Positions 45,553 through 55,987 of a stretch of DNA of 64,000 nt are shown here, one piece after another. The position numbers and the translations under genes are program-made. Each line of letters begins with the position of its first letter. Within the stretch, counting starts at the first letter, position 1. Under the pieces are notes generated by a model that worked only from the letters and a program-made list of their open reading frames with translations, searched no databases and was not told the DNA's origin. Source of the DNA: Candidatus Multivorans sp. (GTDB lineage: Bacteria; Acidobacteriota; Thermoanaerobaculia; Multivoradales; Multivoraceae); assembly GCA_965216125.1 (NCBI GenBank), contig OZ244152.1, forward strand, positions 4,244,937 through 4,308,936. The letters run 5' to 3'.

Positions 45553-47687
45553 GGCTCGGCGGTCCCTTCCGTCGGGGCGCCGAGCGCGGGAATCCGGCGC
45601 TCCAACTGCCGTCGCAGCGACTCGTTTCCGGGCTCCGCGAGCCGGTCGAGAAGCCTCGCGGCATCGGCGCGCGCGGCCACCAGCCACTTCCAATCCCGAG
45701 CCAGGTCGCCGAAACGGAACTGCGGCAGACCGGCCTGACGCGTCCCGAGCACCTCGCCGGGGCCACGCTGCCGCAGATCCTCTTCCGCGATCCGGAAACC
45801 GTCGTTCGATGCCTCGAAGGTGGCCAACCGCCGCTGGGCGTCGGCTGACGACCCGTCCGAGACCGCGATGCAGATCGACTCCCCGAGCGCCTGATCCGTA
45901 CCGCGGCCGATGCGGCCCCGGAGCTGGTGCAGTTGGGCCAGTCCGAACCGCTCCGCACCGAGGATCACCATCGCGGTCGCCTCCGGTACATCGACGCCGA
46001 CCTCGATCACGGTCGTCGCCAGCAGCACCCGGATCGAGCCATCGGAGAAGCGACTCATCGTCGCGTCGCGCTCCTCCCGCCCCAGACGACCGTGCACGAC
46101 GCCGTGGGGCGCTTCGAGCGCCTCGGCCCACCAGGAGCCCGACTCCTCGAGAGAAGGCAACCTGGCGGCGCCACCCTCGCCGGCGTCGATCAGGGGAAAG
46201 ACGATGTATGCCCGGCCGCCGCGCCGAAGCCGCTCGCGGACCATCGTCACCGCCTGGTCCCGCTGGTCTCGGGTCATCACCCGGGTCTCGACCGGACTGC
46301 GGCCCGGCGGCATCTCGTCGAGTATCGACACGTCGAGGTCACCGTACACGGTCAGCGCCAACGACCTTGGAATCGGTGTCGCGGTCATGACCAGAAGATC
46401 GGGGCGCAGCCCCTTCTCCGCCAGAGACTGGCGCTGCGCGACGCCGAAACGATGCTGCTCGTCGATCACCGCGAGGCCCAACCGCGCGAAGCGCGTCCGT
46501 TCCTGGATCAGTGCGTGGGTGCCGACGGTGAGGGCGACCTGCCCTTCGGCGATCCGGTCTCCCACCGCACCGTAGCCGTCGCTGGCGATGCGCTGGCTGG
46601 AGGTCACGAGGGCGAGCGTGAGGTGAGCCCCCAGCAACCGCTCCAGGGAAGCGAAGTGCTGCTCGGCAAGCAGCTCCGTGGGCGCCATCAGCGCCGACTG
46701 GAGGCCGCTCCGAGCCGCCACCAGGCAGGCCAGAGCGGCGATGACCGTCTTGCCGCTGCCGACATCGCCCTGCACCAGGCGGAGCATCGGCAGCGGCCCG
46801 GAGAGATCGGCGACGATCTCCTGCAGCACCCGTTCCTGGGCGCCGGTCAACTGGAATGGCAGCAGGTCCCGCGCCGCGCTCCAGACCGCATCACAGGTAC
46901 GGTACCGGTGCGGCTTCCCCTGCCGGCGGCGGCGCCTGCGGACGGTGGCGAGCTGCAACTGCTGGAGCAGGAACTCGCCATAGGCGAGGCGGGCATGGGC
47001 TGGACTGCGCCTCTCGTTCAGCTCTTCGACCGAAGCCAGAGGCGTTGGCCGGTGAACCTCGGTCAGGGCTTCGGCCAGGCTGGGCAGCCCGTGCCGCATC
47101 AGCTCCTCGCCGGGCAACCACTCGTCGATCCAGTTGGGCCCGTGAGCCTCCGCCAGACCGCTCACGACTCCAGACACCAGGCGCTCCACCCGCGAGGGCG
47201 GCACGTCTCCGATCCGGCCATACACCGGTCGTACGCCACCGCCTGCGGCCGGCTCCTCCTCCACCCGTTCGACGGTCGGATTCGCCAGTTCCCAGGCGCC
47301 GCCCCGACCCCGGCGCCTGGGCACGCCGTGGAGCATGTACGACGCTCCCTCCTCCAACTGATTCAGCAGATAGGGCCGGTTGAACCAGACCACGCCGGCC
47401 CGATTCTCGCCGTCGTCCGCAACCGCCTCGACGCGCGAGAACCTGCGGCGCGCAAACACCCGCCGCAGGTTCTCCAGGCGCACGACCACGGTCAGGGCAC
47501 GCGGCGCGCTCTCGGGCGAACCGTCATCGTCCGGCGGCGGCAGGCGCCCGAGCGTGCGCCGGTCCTCGTACCGGATGGGCAGGTGCGCCAGCATGTCCGC
47601 TATCCGCCGGCAGCCGGCAGCGGCCAGCTTGCGGCCCAACACGGGGCCCACACCGCGCGCGGCGGTGATCGGGTCGCGCGCTTCCAT
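45549..47687 (-). CDS. recG: ATP-dependent DNA helicase RecG
   Basis: 712 aa with Walker A GDVGSGKT, DEQHRFGV, TATPIPR and QLHQLRGRIGRG. Confidence 0.95.
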   Translation of the reverse strand: MEARDPITAARGVGPVLGRKLAAAGCRRIADMLAHLPIRYEDRRTLGRLPPPDDDGSPESAPRALTVVVRLENLRRVFARRRFSRVEAVADDGENRAGVVWFNRPYLLNQLEEGASYMLHGVPRRRGRGGAWELANPTVERVEEEPAAGGGVRPVYGRIGDVPPSRVERLVSGVVSGLAEAHGPNWIDEWLPGEELMRHGLPSLAEALTEVHRPTPLASVEELNERRSPAHARLAYGEFLLQQLQLATVRRRRRRQGKPHRYRTCDAVWSAARDLLPFQLTGAQERVLQEIVADLSGPLPMLRLVQGDVGSGKTVIAALACLVAARSGLQSALMAPTELLAEQHFASLERLLGAHLTLALVTSSQRIASDGYGAVGDRIAEGQVALTVGTHALIQERTRFARLGLAVIDEQHRFGVAQRQSLAEKGLRPDLLVMTATPIPRSLALTVYGDLDVSILDEMPPGRSPVETRVMTRDQRDQAVTMVRERLRRGGRAYIVFPLIDAGEGGAARLPSLEESGSWWAEALEAPHGVVHGRLGREERDATMSRFSDGSIRVLLATTVIEVGVDVPEATAMVILGAERFGLAQLHQLRGRIGRGTDQALGESICIAVSDGSSADAQRRLATFEASNDGFRIAEEDLRQRGPGEVLGTRQAGLPQFRFGDLARDWKWLVAARADAARLLDRLAEPGNESLRRQLERRIPALGAPTEGTAEP

Positions 47688-47716
47688 CGTTATCCGGTGA
47701 TGCTATGCGCCCGCGG

Positions 47717-48637
47717 CTAGGCGATCACCTCGAGCGTGGCGGCATCCGGATCGAGCCGGACCGGGGCGCCCAGAGGCAGCGTGTGATTGGGCGCCTCGTG
47801 GCCGGCCGGCAAACCGACCAGCAGCGGTACGCCGAGTGCGTGGGCGAAGTCGATCAGGCTGTCGCGGGCGTCGCAGTTCGTGAAGTGACCGGCGACCACC
47901 GCCCGCACACCGGCCACCCGGCGGGACATCCGGATCTGGGCCAACAGGCGATCGACGCGGTACTCCGGCTCGTCGATGTCCTCCAGCACGAGGATGGAGT
48001 CCCGGAAATCGGGCAGGAAACCCGTCCCGATCGTCGCCGCCAGCATGGTCAGACAGCCTCCGAGCAGACGCCCGCTGATCGCCCCGGGTCGGCTGGCCGA
48101 CACACCGGGAACAACCGGCTCCAACTGCCACGGTCCGCCCCGCTTCCCGGCCAGTGCATCGAGAAAGGACGTTCGTTCTTCCGGCCGCAGCCCACGCGCG
48201 AAGTCGACCACCATCGGGCCGTGGTACGCCACCGTCCGGGCGCGGGAGACGAGGGCCAGCAGCATGGGCGTCAGGTCGGAGTAGCCCACGTAGGGCCGTG
48301 GCCGGGAAGCTAGCAGCGGCCAGTCGATCCTCTCCAGCAGCCTGAGAACGCCGTAGCCACCGCGGGCGAAGACGATTCCCGCGATGTTGGCGTCCGCCGC
48401 CAGTTCGTGGAACGCCGCCAGGCGCTGACGGTCCGAGCCCGCAAACAGCGGCCGCCCCTCGGGCACCGCCCCGGCCCGAAGGTTGGACGCCAGCACCACC
48501 TCGAAACCGAGATCCTCGAGGGCCGCTACACCCGTGGCCAGACGCCCACCGTCGATCGGGCCCGAGAGCGCGGCGATGCCGATCCGGTCGCCGGGCCGAA
48601 CCGCCGGCGGACGCCTCCCGCTGTCACGAAAGGTCAA
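47717..48637 (-). CDS. ldcA: LD-carboxypeptidase (peptidase S66)
   Basis: 306 aa with PGDRIGIAALSGPI and the nucleophile context GYSDLT. TTG start lies directly after the rnpB 3' end. Confidence 0.8.
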   Translation of the reverse strand: MTFRDSGRRPPAVRPGDRIGIAALSGPIDGGRLATGVAALEDLGFEVVLASNLRAGAVPEGRPLFAGSDRQRLAAFHELAADANIAGIVFARGGYGVLRLLERIDWPLLASRPRPYVGYSDLTPMLLALVSRARTVAYHGPMVVDFARGLRPEERTSFLDALAGKRGGPWQLEPVVPGVSASRPGAISGRLLGGCLTMLAATIGTGFLPDFRDSILVLEDIDEPEYRVDRLLAQIRMSRRVAGVRAVVAGHFTNCDARDSLIDFAHALGVPLLVGLPAGHEAPNHTLPLGAPVRLDPDAATLEVIA

Positions 48638-48639
48638 GT

Positions 48640-49057
48640 GCCGGAGGACCTCGTAAGCCGGATTCTGTTCATCCCGTCACCGTCAGGCGAGAGGAGGCGG
48701 CCATTCATCTTTGCGACCTACCCGGAGGGCGTCCCGGGCTGCGAACAGCCCGGAATCGGGACGGACAACCCGATCCGCACTCCCTATTTGGTCTTGCTCC
48801 ACATGGGGTTTGCCATCGCCTCGTACCGTCACCGGCCGAGCGGTGCGCTCTTACCGCACCGTTTCACCCTTGCCGGCCCTTCAGCACCCGAAGCCCGAAT
48901 CGGACTCAGGAACCATTGGGTCGGCGGTCTGCTCTCTGCTGCACTTTCCGTCGCGTCGCCACGCCTTGCCGTTAGCAAGCATGCCGTCCGTTGGAGTCCG
49001 GACTTTCCTCCCCCGGCGGACAAACCGCCGGGAGCGACCGCATCCGGTCCTCCGGCA
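48640..49057 (-). ncRNA. rnpB: RNase P RNA, bacterial type A
   Basis: Minus strand carries GGAGGAAAGUCCGG (P4 5'), AGAGAGCAGACCGCC, GGUGAAACGGUGCGGUAAGAGCGCACCGC, GGAGCAAGACCAAAUAGGG, AGAUGAAUGGCCGCC and ACAGAAUCCGGCUUA (P4 3'). P1 pairs GCCGGAGGACC with GGUCCUCCGGC. Ends are approximate to +/-5 nt. Confidence 0.9.
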
Positions 49058-49105
49058 GGGCGGAGGCTAGCAGTCCCAGTGCGAGGACGCACCTGCGAGA
49101 CGCAC

Positions 49106-50902
49106 CTACTCCGAACGAACCGAGGCGTAGACCGAACGGGCGAGCTTCGCCCCCAGGATCTCCTGGAGCTGCTCCTCCGACGCCTGCGTCACGCCGGCGT
49201 AGCTGCCGAAGCGGCGCACCAGCAGCTTGCGCCGCTGCGGGCCGATGCCTTGCAGGTCGTCGAAGCGGCTGTGCAGGGTCCGCTTGGCGCGGCGGCGGCG
49301 GTGGCGCGACACCGCGAACCGGTGCGCCTCGTCCCGCACCTGCTGGAGGACGCGCAGGCCGGCGTGATTCCGCTTCAACCGCAGCGGCGCGGGCCGCGCC
49401 GGGATGTAGATTTCCTCCTCCCGCTTGGCCAGCCCAACCACCGGCGTCTCGTCGACGCCAAGTTCCGACAGCGCCTCGAGCGCCGCGTTCAACTGGCCGC
49501 GTCCGCCGTCGATCAGGATCAGGTCCGGCATCTCGCCGACCTCCTCCAGCCTGCGCCGGTAGCGGCGTTCCACCGCCTGGCGAATCGACGCGAAGTCGTC
49601 GGCCTGTTCCAGGCCGCGGATGTTGAAGCTGCGGTACTGGTTCTTGACCATCCGGCCGTCGCTCCAGACCACCAGGGAGGCGACGGTCTGGCTGCCGCCG
49701 AAGGTCGAAATGTCGAAGCCCTCGATCCGCCGCGGTGGATCTTCGAGGTCTAGGGCGCCCCGCAGCGCCTCGCTGGCCTCGCCGGCAGCGCCGGCGCCCC
49801 GGAACCGCCGGCGGAAGGCCATCGAGGCGTTCCGGTTGGCGAGCACCACCCGCTGCGCCTTCGGTCCGCGCGAGGGCATGCGGAGGTAGACCTTCGATTC
49901 GCGCCGTTCGCTCAGCCACGACGTCAGCGCCTCGTCGCCCTCGATCGGCGCCGGCAGGTGGATCTCCCTGGGAATCAGGGTGGTCCGGTCGTAGAGCTGC
50001 GGCAGCAACTCAGACAGCAGGCGTTCGGCCGTGATCTTCGGAACGCTCTCCCAGAACAGCTCGCGGCGATCGAGCACTTGGCCCCCGCGCATGACCAGGA
50101 CGACGACCGCCGCGTTGTCGCCGCTGATGTGGACGCCGAAGATGTCGACGTCCTCGCCGCGGTCCGAACTCAGCTTCCGGCGCTCGCTGATGGAGGCGAT
50201 CTCCCGCATCGTGTCGCGAAGACGGGCCGCGGTCTCGAACTCCAGATCGGCCGCGTGCGTCCGCATCCGGCTGCGCAGGTCTCGCAGCAACTCGTCGTTC
50301 CTGCCGGCGAGAAACAGACGCGCCTTCTCCACCGCCTCGGCATACGCCTCGGTGGTGGTCAGGCCGTCGACGCAGGGCCCCAGGCAGCGCTTCATGTCGT
50401 AGTAGAGGCAGGGGCGCGGCAGGCTGCCGTCGATCTCGATCCGGCACACGCGGATGCCGAACAGCTTCTGGGTCAGCTTGATCGCCTTGCGCGCCAGTCC
50501 GGCGGGCAGGTACGGACCGTAGTACTCCGCGCCGTCACGCCGGACGCGCCGGGTGAAGGCGAGGCGCGGGTGGCCGTCGGCGAGGGTGAGCTTGAGGTAC
50601 GGGTACGTCTTGTCGTCGCGCAGCCGGATGTTGAACCGCGGCTGCCGGCGCTTGATCCAGTTGTTCTCAAGCAGCAGGGCCTCGGCTTCCGAGTCCGTGA
50701 CGACGAACTCGAGGTCGGCCGCCTCCTGGAGCATCAGGGCGATGCGCGGATCCTCCGCCGGCCTACGGTAGGAGGCGGCACGCCGCTTGAGGGATTTCGC
50801 CTTGCCGACGTAGAGCGCTTCGCCCGCCTCCGACTTGAAGATGTAGATCCCCGGCTGATCCGGAAGCTCACCGAGTCTGCGGTGCAGGCCCGGGTGCATC
50901 AC
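49106..50902 (-). CDS. uvrC: Excinuclease ABC subunit C
   Basis: GIY-YIG motifs GIYIFKSEAGEALYVGKAKSLKRR, a UVR domain and a C-terminal HhH. Confidence 0.95.
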   Translation of the reverse strand: MMHPGLHRRLGELPDQPGIYIFKSEAGEALYVGKAKSLKRRAASYRRPAEDPRIALMLQEAADLEFVVTDSEAEALLLENNWIKRRQPRFNIRLRDDKTYPYLKLTLADGHPRLAFTRRVRRDGAEYYGPYLPAGLARKAIKLTQKLFGIRVCRIEIDGSLPRPCLYYDMKRCLGPCVDGLTTTEAYAEAVEKARLFLAGRNDELLRDLRSRMRTHAADLEFETAARLRDTMREIASISERRKLSSDRGEDVDIFGVHISGDNAAVVVLVMRGGQVLDRRELFWESVPKITAERLLSELLPQLYDRTTLIPREIHLPAPIEGDEALTSWLSERRESKVYLRMPSRGPKAQRVVLANRNASMAFRRRFRGAGAAGEASEALRGALDLEDPPRRIEGFDISTFGGSQTVASLVVWSDGRMVKNQYRSFNIRGLEQADDFASIRQAVERRYRRRLEEVGEMPDLILIDGGRGQLNAALEALSELGVDETPVVGLAKREEEIYIPARPAPLRLKRNHAGLRVLQQVRDEAHRFAVSRHRRRRAKRTLHSRFDDLQGIGPQRRKLLVRRFGSYAGVTQASEEQLQEILGAKLARSVYASVRSE

Positions 50903-50906
50903 CCAA

Positions 50907-53006
50907 TCACCTTCCCATCACCTTCAGACCGCGCAGCTCCCCGAGACGGTCGCGCAACACCGCGGCCTGCTCGAACTCCAGCCGCCGGGAAGCCTGCTTC
51001 ATCGCCTTCTCCAGGCGCGCGATGCGGCGTTCGAGGGGCATTTCGGGCGCGTCCTCGCGCAGCAGATCCTCCACCGCCTGCTCGGCCGCCGCGCCGGCCT
51101 TGTGCAGGTAGTCCAGGTTGCTCATCTGGACCAGCGGACTGTGGACCTCCTTCAGGATGGACGCCGGTTCGATCCCGTGCTCCCGGTTGTGGCGATCCTG
51201 GATCCGCCGGCGCCGCGTCGTCTCCTCCAACGACCTGTCGATCGAGTCGGTGCGCCGGTCCGCGTAGAAGATGACCCGGCCGTTCAGGTTGCGGGCCGCC
51301 CGGCCGGCGGTCTGGATCAGCGACACCTCGCTGCGCAGGAATCCCTCCTTGTCCGCGTCGAGAATCGCGACCACGGAGACCTCGGGAAGATCGAGCCCCT
51401 CCCGCAGCAGGTTGATGCCGACCAGGATGTCGAACTCGCCGCGCCGGAGCGCGGTCGTGATCTCGACCCGCTCCAGGGTGTCGATGTCGCTGTGGAGGTA
51501 GCGGACCCGCAAGCCGAGCTCGGTCAGGTACTGGGTCAGTTCCTCCGCCATGCGCTTGGTCAGCGTGGTCACCAGCACCCGCTCGCCGCGCTCGATCGCC
51601 GCCCGCGACTCCTCCACCAGGTCGTCGATCTGGTTCGAGGACGGCCGCAACTCGATCCGGGGGTCGAGCAGGCCGGTCGGCCGGATGATCTGCTCCACCA
51701 CCACGCCGCCGGTCCGTTCCAGCTCGAACGGACCCGGCGTCGCCGACACGTAGATGCGCTGACCGCAACGCTCCTCGAACTCCTCGAACCGGAGCGGCCG
51801 GTTGTCCAGGGCGCTCGGCAGGCGGAAGCCGAACTCGACCAGGGTCTCCTTGCGCGCCCGGTCGCCGTGGTACATCCCACGGACCTGCGGAAGCGACTGG
51901 TGGCTCTCGTCGACAACCAGCAGGAAGTCCTCGGACAGGTAGTCAAGGAACGTTGGCGGGGCTTCGCCCGGCGCCCGGCCGGAGAGGTGGCGCGAGTAGT
52001 TCTCGATGCCGGCGCACGAGCCGAGTTCGCGCAGCATCTCCAGGTCGTAGCGGGTCCGCTGCTCCAATCGCTGCATCTCGAGCAGGCGGTTCTCGCGTTC
52101 GAGAACGACCAGGTGCTCACCCAGTTCCTCCTCGATCGAGGCGATGGCCCGCCGCATCCGCTCCTCCGGCGTCACGTAGTGGTTGCGCGGGAAGACCGGC
52201 GCCTGGTCGACCTCCTCCAGCACCCGGCCCGTGATCACGTCGAAACGGCAGATCCGGTCGATCTCGTCCCCGAAGTACTCGACGCGGATGCCCCGGTCGT
52301 CGTACGCCGGCAGGATCTCGAGCACGTCGCCGCGTACCCGGAAGCTGCCGTGGAACAGGTCGAGCCGGGTGCGCTCGTACTGCATCTCGGCCAGGCTCCG
52401 CTGCGCGCGCTCGAGCGGCAGTTCCGTTCCGCGCTCGAAGAACTGGAGCATCGAGAAGAAGACGTCCGGCGCGCCCAGGCCGTAAATGCACGACACGGAC
52501 GCCACGATCAGCACGTCGCGGCGCTCGAAGAGCGAGATCGTCGCCCGCAGGCGCAGTCGGTCGATCTCGTCGTTGATGCTCGTCTCCTTCTCGATGTAGA
52601 TGTCGGACTGCGGGACGTAGGCCTCGGGCTGGTAGTAGTCGTAGTAGGACACGAAGTACTCGACCGCGTTGTTCGGGAAGAAGCTCCTGAACTCCTGGTA
52701 GAGCTGCGCCGCCAGCGTCTTGTTGTGCGACAGGACCAGGGTGGGCCGGTTCACGGCCTCGATCACCTTGGCGACGGTGTAGGTCTTGCCCGAACCCGTG
52801 ACCCCGAGCAGCACCTGCTCGGGAACGTCGTCCCTGAGACCCGCCACGAGTTCGGCGATCGCCGCCGGCTGATCGCCCTGCGGCTTGAACGGCGAGATGA
52901 GCTCGAACCGTCCTCGTTCTGCCCCGCGCCAGCGATCCGACCGGCCGGCCTCCCCGCCGGGCGCCGAAGCTTTGGGCCCGTTCGTCGGCTCGAGGCGCCG
53001 CTCCAA
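50907..53006 (-). CDS. uvrB: Excinuclease ABC subunit B
   Basis: [25 protein letters not shown] and a C-terminal UVR domain. The N-terminal 30 aa extension is uncertain. Confidence 0.95.
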   Translation of the reverse strand: MERRLEPTNGPKASAPGGEAGRSDRWRGAERGRFELISPFKPQGDQPAAIAELVAGLRDDVPEQVLLGVTGSGKTYTVAKVIEAVNRPTLVLSHNKTLAAQLYQEFRSFFPNNAVEYFVSYYDYYQPEAYVPQSDIYIEKETSINDEIDRLRLRATISLFERRDVLIVASVSCIYGLGAPDVFFSMLQFFERGTELPLERAQRSLAEMQYERTRLDLFHGSFRVRGDVLEILPAYDDRGIRVEYFGDEIDRICRFDVITGRVLEEVDQAPVFPRNHYVTPEERMRRAIASIEEELGEHLVVLERENRLLEMQRLEQRTRYDLEMLRELGSCAGIENYSRHLSGRAPGEAPPTFLDYLSEDFLLVVDESHQSLPQVRGMYHGDRARKETLVEFGFRLPSALDNRPLRFEEFEERCGQRIYVSATPGPFELERTGGVVVEQIIRPTGLLDPRIELRPSSNQIDDLVEESRAAIERGERVLVTTLTKRMAEELTQYLTELGLRVRYLHSDIDTLERVEITTALRRGEFDILVGINLLREGLDLPEVSVVAILDADKEGFLRSEVSLIQTAGRAARNLNGRVIFYADRRTDSIDRSLEETTRRRRIQDRHNREHGIEPASILKEVHSPLVQMSNLDYLHKAGAAAEQAVEDLLREDAPEMPLERRIARLEKAMKQASRRLEFEQAAVLRDRLGELRGLKVMGR

Positions 53007-53007
53007 G

Positions 53008-53481
53008 TCAGACCTCCGGGCTAGTGCTGGATGCCGCGATCCGCTCGAGACGCTCGGTCAGGCGGCGCAGATCGTCGCGGTCGAGGAGTCCCCGATCTGC
53101 CCGCCGCAGCGCGTCGGTGAGCGCCATCTGCAGCCGACGGTTGTCGGCCGGCGTCGCCGGACGGGTCTTGTAGCGCTCGAGCACGGAATCAAAGGCCCGG
53201 TCGAGACGGTTGCGCTCTTCCGACGTGATGTCTTCAGGCAGTTCCTCCATGATCCGCGCGCGACCGAAGTCCAGTACGAACTCGAGCAGTTCGTCGGCCT
53301 GGGTCAGGGCCACCACCAGTCCGACGACGACGACGACCACGAGCAGTCCGCATCCGGCCAGGCCCGCGATCAGACAGCCACGCCGCGTCCGGGCCGGATC
53401 CCGCGGCCGCGCGGACGACGGCGCCGGGAAGGGTTCCGGTAGTGGCGGCAGGCCGCGCGGCGCCTCGGCTTCGGGACTCAT
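53008..53481 (-). CDS. Hypothetical single-pass membrane protein
   Basis: 157 aa with a Pro-rich N-terminus, [26 protein letters not shown] and a helical Arg/Asp-rich C-terminus. 1-nt gap to uvrB. Confidence 0.45.
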   Translation of the reverse strand: MSPEAEAPRGLPPLPEPFPAPSSARPRDPARTRRGCLIAGLAGCGLLVVVVVVGLVVALTQADELLEFVLDFGRARIMEELPEDITSEERNRLDRAFDSVLERYKTRPATPADNRRLQMALTDALRRADRGLLDRDDLRRLTERLERIAASSTSPEV

Positions 53482-53507
53482 GGGTCGGGTCGTATGATAC
53501 GCGCGTG

Positions 53508-55985
53508 ATGGATGCCCCGCGGAACGCCTTGCGACCCGTGCTGGCCTGGAGCTTGCGGCACTGGCGGTGGATCACGCCCATCGTCGCGACGCCGGTGGCG
53601 GGCGTCCTGCTGGGAATCGGCGTCGCGGCGGCGATCGATCTGCCCCAGGTGGAGACCATCGCCGACCTGACGCCCAGCCAGATCACCCGGCTCCTGGACC
53701 GCCGGGGCGAGGTCTTCCGGAGCTACTCGGTCGAGAAGCGCATCATGCTCGCCGAAGGCGAGGTGCCAGAAATCTTCGAGCGCGTGCTCCTGAGCGCGGA
53801 GGACCGGAACTTCTACGCCCACGGGGGCTTCGACATCGTCGGCGTGGCGCGCGCCACGCTGCAGAACTGGCAGCGGGGCGAGAGGTTCTCGGGCGCCTCG
53901 ACGATCACCATGCAGGTGGCGCGAACGCTCTATCTCGACCGCGCCAAGGTCTGGAGCCGGAAGATCCGGGAGACCCTGTTCGCCATCCAGCTCGAGAAAC
54001 GCCTGAGCAAGCAGCAGATCCTGACCCACTACTGCAACCTGACCTACTTCGGCCACGGCAACTACGGCCTCGAAGCCGCCTCCCGCTACTACTTCGGCAA
54101 ACCGGCGACCGAGCTGGATCACGTCGAATCCGCCACCCTGGTGGCGGTCCTGCCGGGCCCGAGCGTGTGGACGCCGTATCTGCGCCCCGAGGTCGTGCGC
54201 ACCCGCCGCAACGCGATCCTGCGCGTCGTGGCCGAGCGAGGAGCGATCACGAAACAGCAGGCCGAGGCGGCGGCAACGCGGCCGCTGAACGTCGTCAAGC
54301 AGCGCGAAACGAAGCCGGTGGCGCCGTACTTCGCCGAACGGGTTCGGGTCGACCTCTACCGTACATACGGCCAGAAGGGCCTCTACGAACGGGGACTGCA
54401 GGTGAGGACGACCCTGGACGCCCGGATGCAGAGCGCGGCGGAGCAGGCACTGCGCCAGGGCCTGGTTCGGATCGACCGGCTGCGGGGCTACCGTGGGCCC
54501 ACGTCACGAATCGAGCAGGACGATCTCGAGGCGGAGGATCTCGCCGAGTCGGTCGGGGCTGTTCTCGCCGACTGGGTCGGATTCGAACCGGAGGTCGGCG
54601 CGTGGGCGCCCGGCCTCGTCCTCCGGCGCGGCCGGCGCGAGGCGGAGATCCGGATCGGCGAGCACCGCTTCGTGCTCCACCCCGAGGGGTATGCCTGGAC
54701 CCGGCGCGACGCACCGCCCCTTCAGCGGGGCGACATCGCCTGGTTCGAACTCCGTCCCCCGGAAGAGGCCGATCCGGACAGCGGGACCGGTCCCGGACAG
54801 GCCTTTGCGCTCGAGCTCGTCCAGGCGCCGATCGTCGAGGGCGCCGTGCTGCTGCTCGAGTCGTCGACCGGCGCGGTGCGCGCGATGGTCGGCGGCTGGG
54901 ACTACGAGCGGAGCGAGTTCAACCGCGTAGTCCAGGCCCGGCGCCAGGTCGGTTCGCTGTTCAAGCCACTCGTCTTCGGCGCCGCGTTCGAGCACGGCTT
55001 CACCCCCGCCGACACTCTCTTCGATGCGCCGGCGGTCTTCGTGGGAATCGACAACCAGCCGAACTACAGCCCCCGCAACTACTACCGCGAGTACCTCGGC
55101 ATCCTGACCCTGCGCAAGGCGCTCGAGAAGTCGATCAACGTCACGTCGGTCAAGCTCCAGGACGTCGTCGGCCCCGACCGGGTGATCGACTTTGCCTACC
55201 GGGCCGGCATCCGTTCGTCGCTGCCGCCGTATCCGAGTCTGGCCCTGGGCGCCGCCGACCTGAGCTTGCTCGAGGTGGCCACCGCCTATGCGACGATCGC
55301 CAACCTGGGCATCCATGTCGAGCCGTACATGATCGAGAGCGTGGCGACCCGGGACGGCCACGAGCTCGAGGCGCACATGCCCCAGGCGTCGACCGTGCTC
55401 ACTCCGGAGGTCGCGTACCTGCTGACCCACGTGCTCTCCGGCGTGGTCCAGCGCGGAACCGCCCAGTCGGCGAAGAGCCTCGGTCTTGCCGCCGTAGCCG
55501 GCAAGACCGGCACCACGGACGGCTTCACCGACGCGTGGTTTGCCGGCTACACCCCCAGGTACACGCTCGTGGTGTGGGTCGGCTACGACCAGCAGCAGCG
55601 CATCGGCCGCAACATGACCGGCGCCGCGGCGGCGCTGCCGATCTGGAACGAGGTCCTGCGCCAGGGGATAGAGGACGGCTGGATCGATCCCCGCGAGACC
55701 TTCACCCGGCCCAACCAGGTACGCCTGGCCCGGATCGAGTACAACTCCGGCCTGCTCCCGGCGCGTCGCCCCGTGGAACAGCACCTGATCGACGAAGCGT
55801 TCATCGCCGGAACCGAGCCGGTGCTTTCCTTCGACCCCGACACCCGGCCCATCTACGACCTGCCCTGGTACCAGCAGCGGGCCCTGTACGGCGAACCCAA
55901 GGCCGGCGAGAACATGCCGGAAGACGTCACCGACTGGTCCCTGGTCCGGGACGCCTGGAAGGAAGACGAGGAAGAAGAGTCCTGA
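53508..55985 (+). CDS. mrcA: Penicillin-binding protein 1A (bifunctional transglycosylase/transpeptidase)
   Basis: GT51 motifs EDRNFYAHGGFD and RKIRETLFAIQLE; transpeptidase motifs SLFKP, SIN and KTGTT. ATG 53508 chosen. Confidence 0.9.
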   Translation: MDAPRNALRPVLAWSLRHWRWITPIVATPVAGVLLGIGVAAAIDLPQVETIADLTPSQITRLLDRRGEVFRSYSVEKRIMLAEGEVPEIFERVLLSAEDRNFYAHGGFDIVGVARATLQNWQRGERFSGASTITMQVARTLYLDRAKVWSRKIRETLFAIQLEKRLSKQQILTHYCNLTYFGHGNYGLEAASRYYFGKPATELDHVESATLVAVLPGPSVWTPYLRPEVVRTRRNAILRVVAERGAITKQQAEAAATRPLNVVKQRETKPVAPYFAERVRVDLYRTYGQKGLYERGLQVRTTLDARMQSAAEQALRQGLVRIDRLRGYRGPTSRIEQDDLEAEDLAESVGAVLADWVGFEPEVGAWAPGLVLRRGRREAEIRIGEHRFVLHPEGYAWTRRDAPPLQRGDIAWFELRPPEEADPDSGTGPGQAFALELVQAPIVEGAVLLLESSTGAVRAMVGGWDYERSEFNRVVQARRQVGSLFKPLVFGAAFEHGFTPADTLFDAPAVFVGIDNQPNYSPRNYYREYLGILTLRKALEKSINVTSVKLQDVVGPDRVIDFAYRAGIRSSLPPYPSLALGAADLSLLEVATAYATIANLGIHVEPYMIESVATRDGHELEAHMPQASTVLTPEVAYLLTHVLSGVVQRGTAQSAKSLGLAAVAGKTGTTDGFTDAWFAGYTPRYTLVVWVGYDQQQRIGRNMTGAAAALPIWNEVLRQGIEDGWIDPRETFTRPNQVRLARIEYNSGLLPARRPVEQHLIDEAFIAGTEPVLSFDPDTRPIYDLPWYQQRALYGEPKAGENMPEDVTDWSLVRDAWKEDEEEES

Positions 55986-55987
55986 TC

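Noticed and set aside
44353-46131. 592-aa version of the glycosyltransferase ORF, and the 353-aa version of cmk (41472-42533)
   Set aside because: The N-terminal extensions overlap recG and rluB respectively in other frames and are Arg/Gly/Pro-rich. Internal GTG starts give canonical N-termini (VKVLLVANV for GT4, MTVVAIDGPSG for Cmk) and 4-nt stop-start overlaps.
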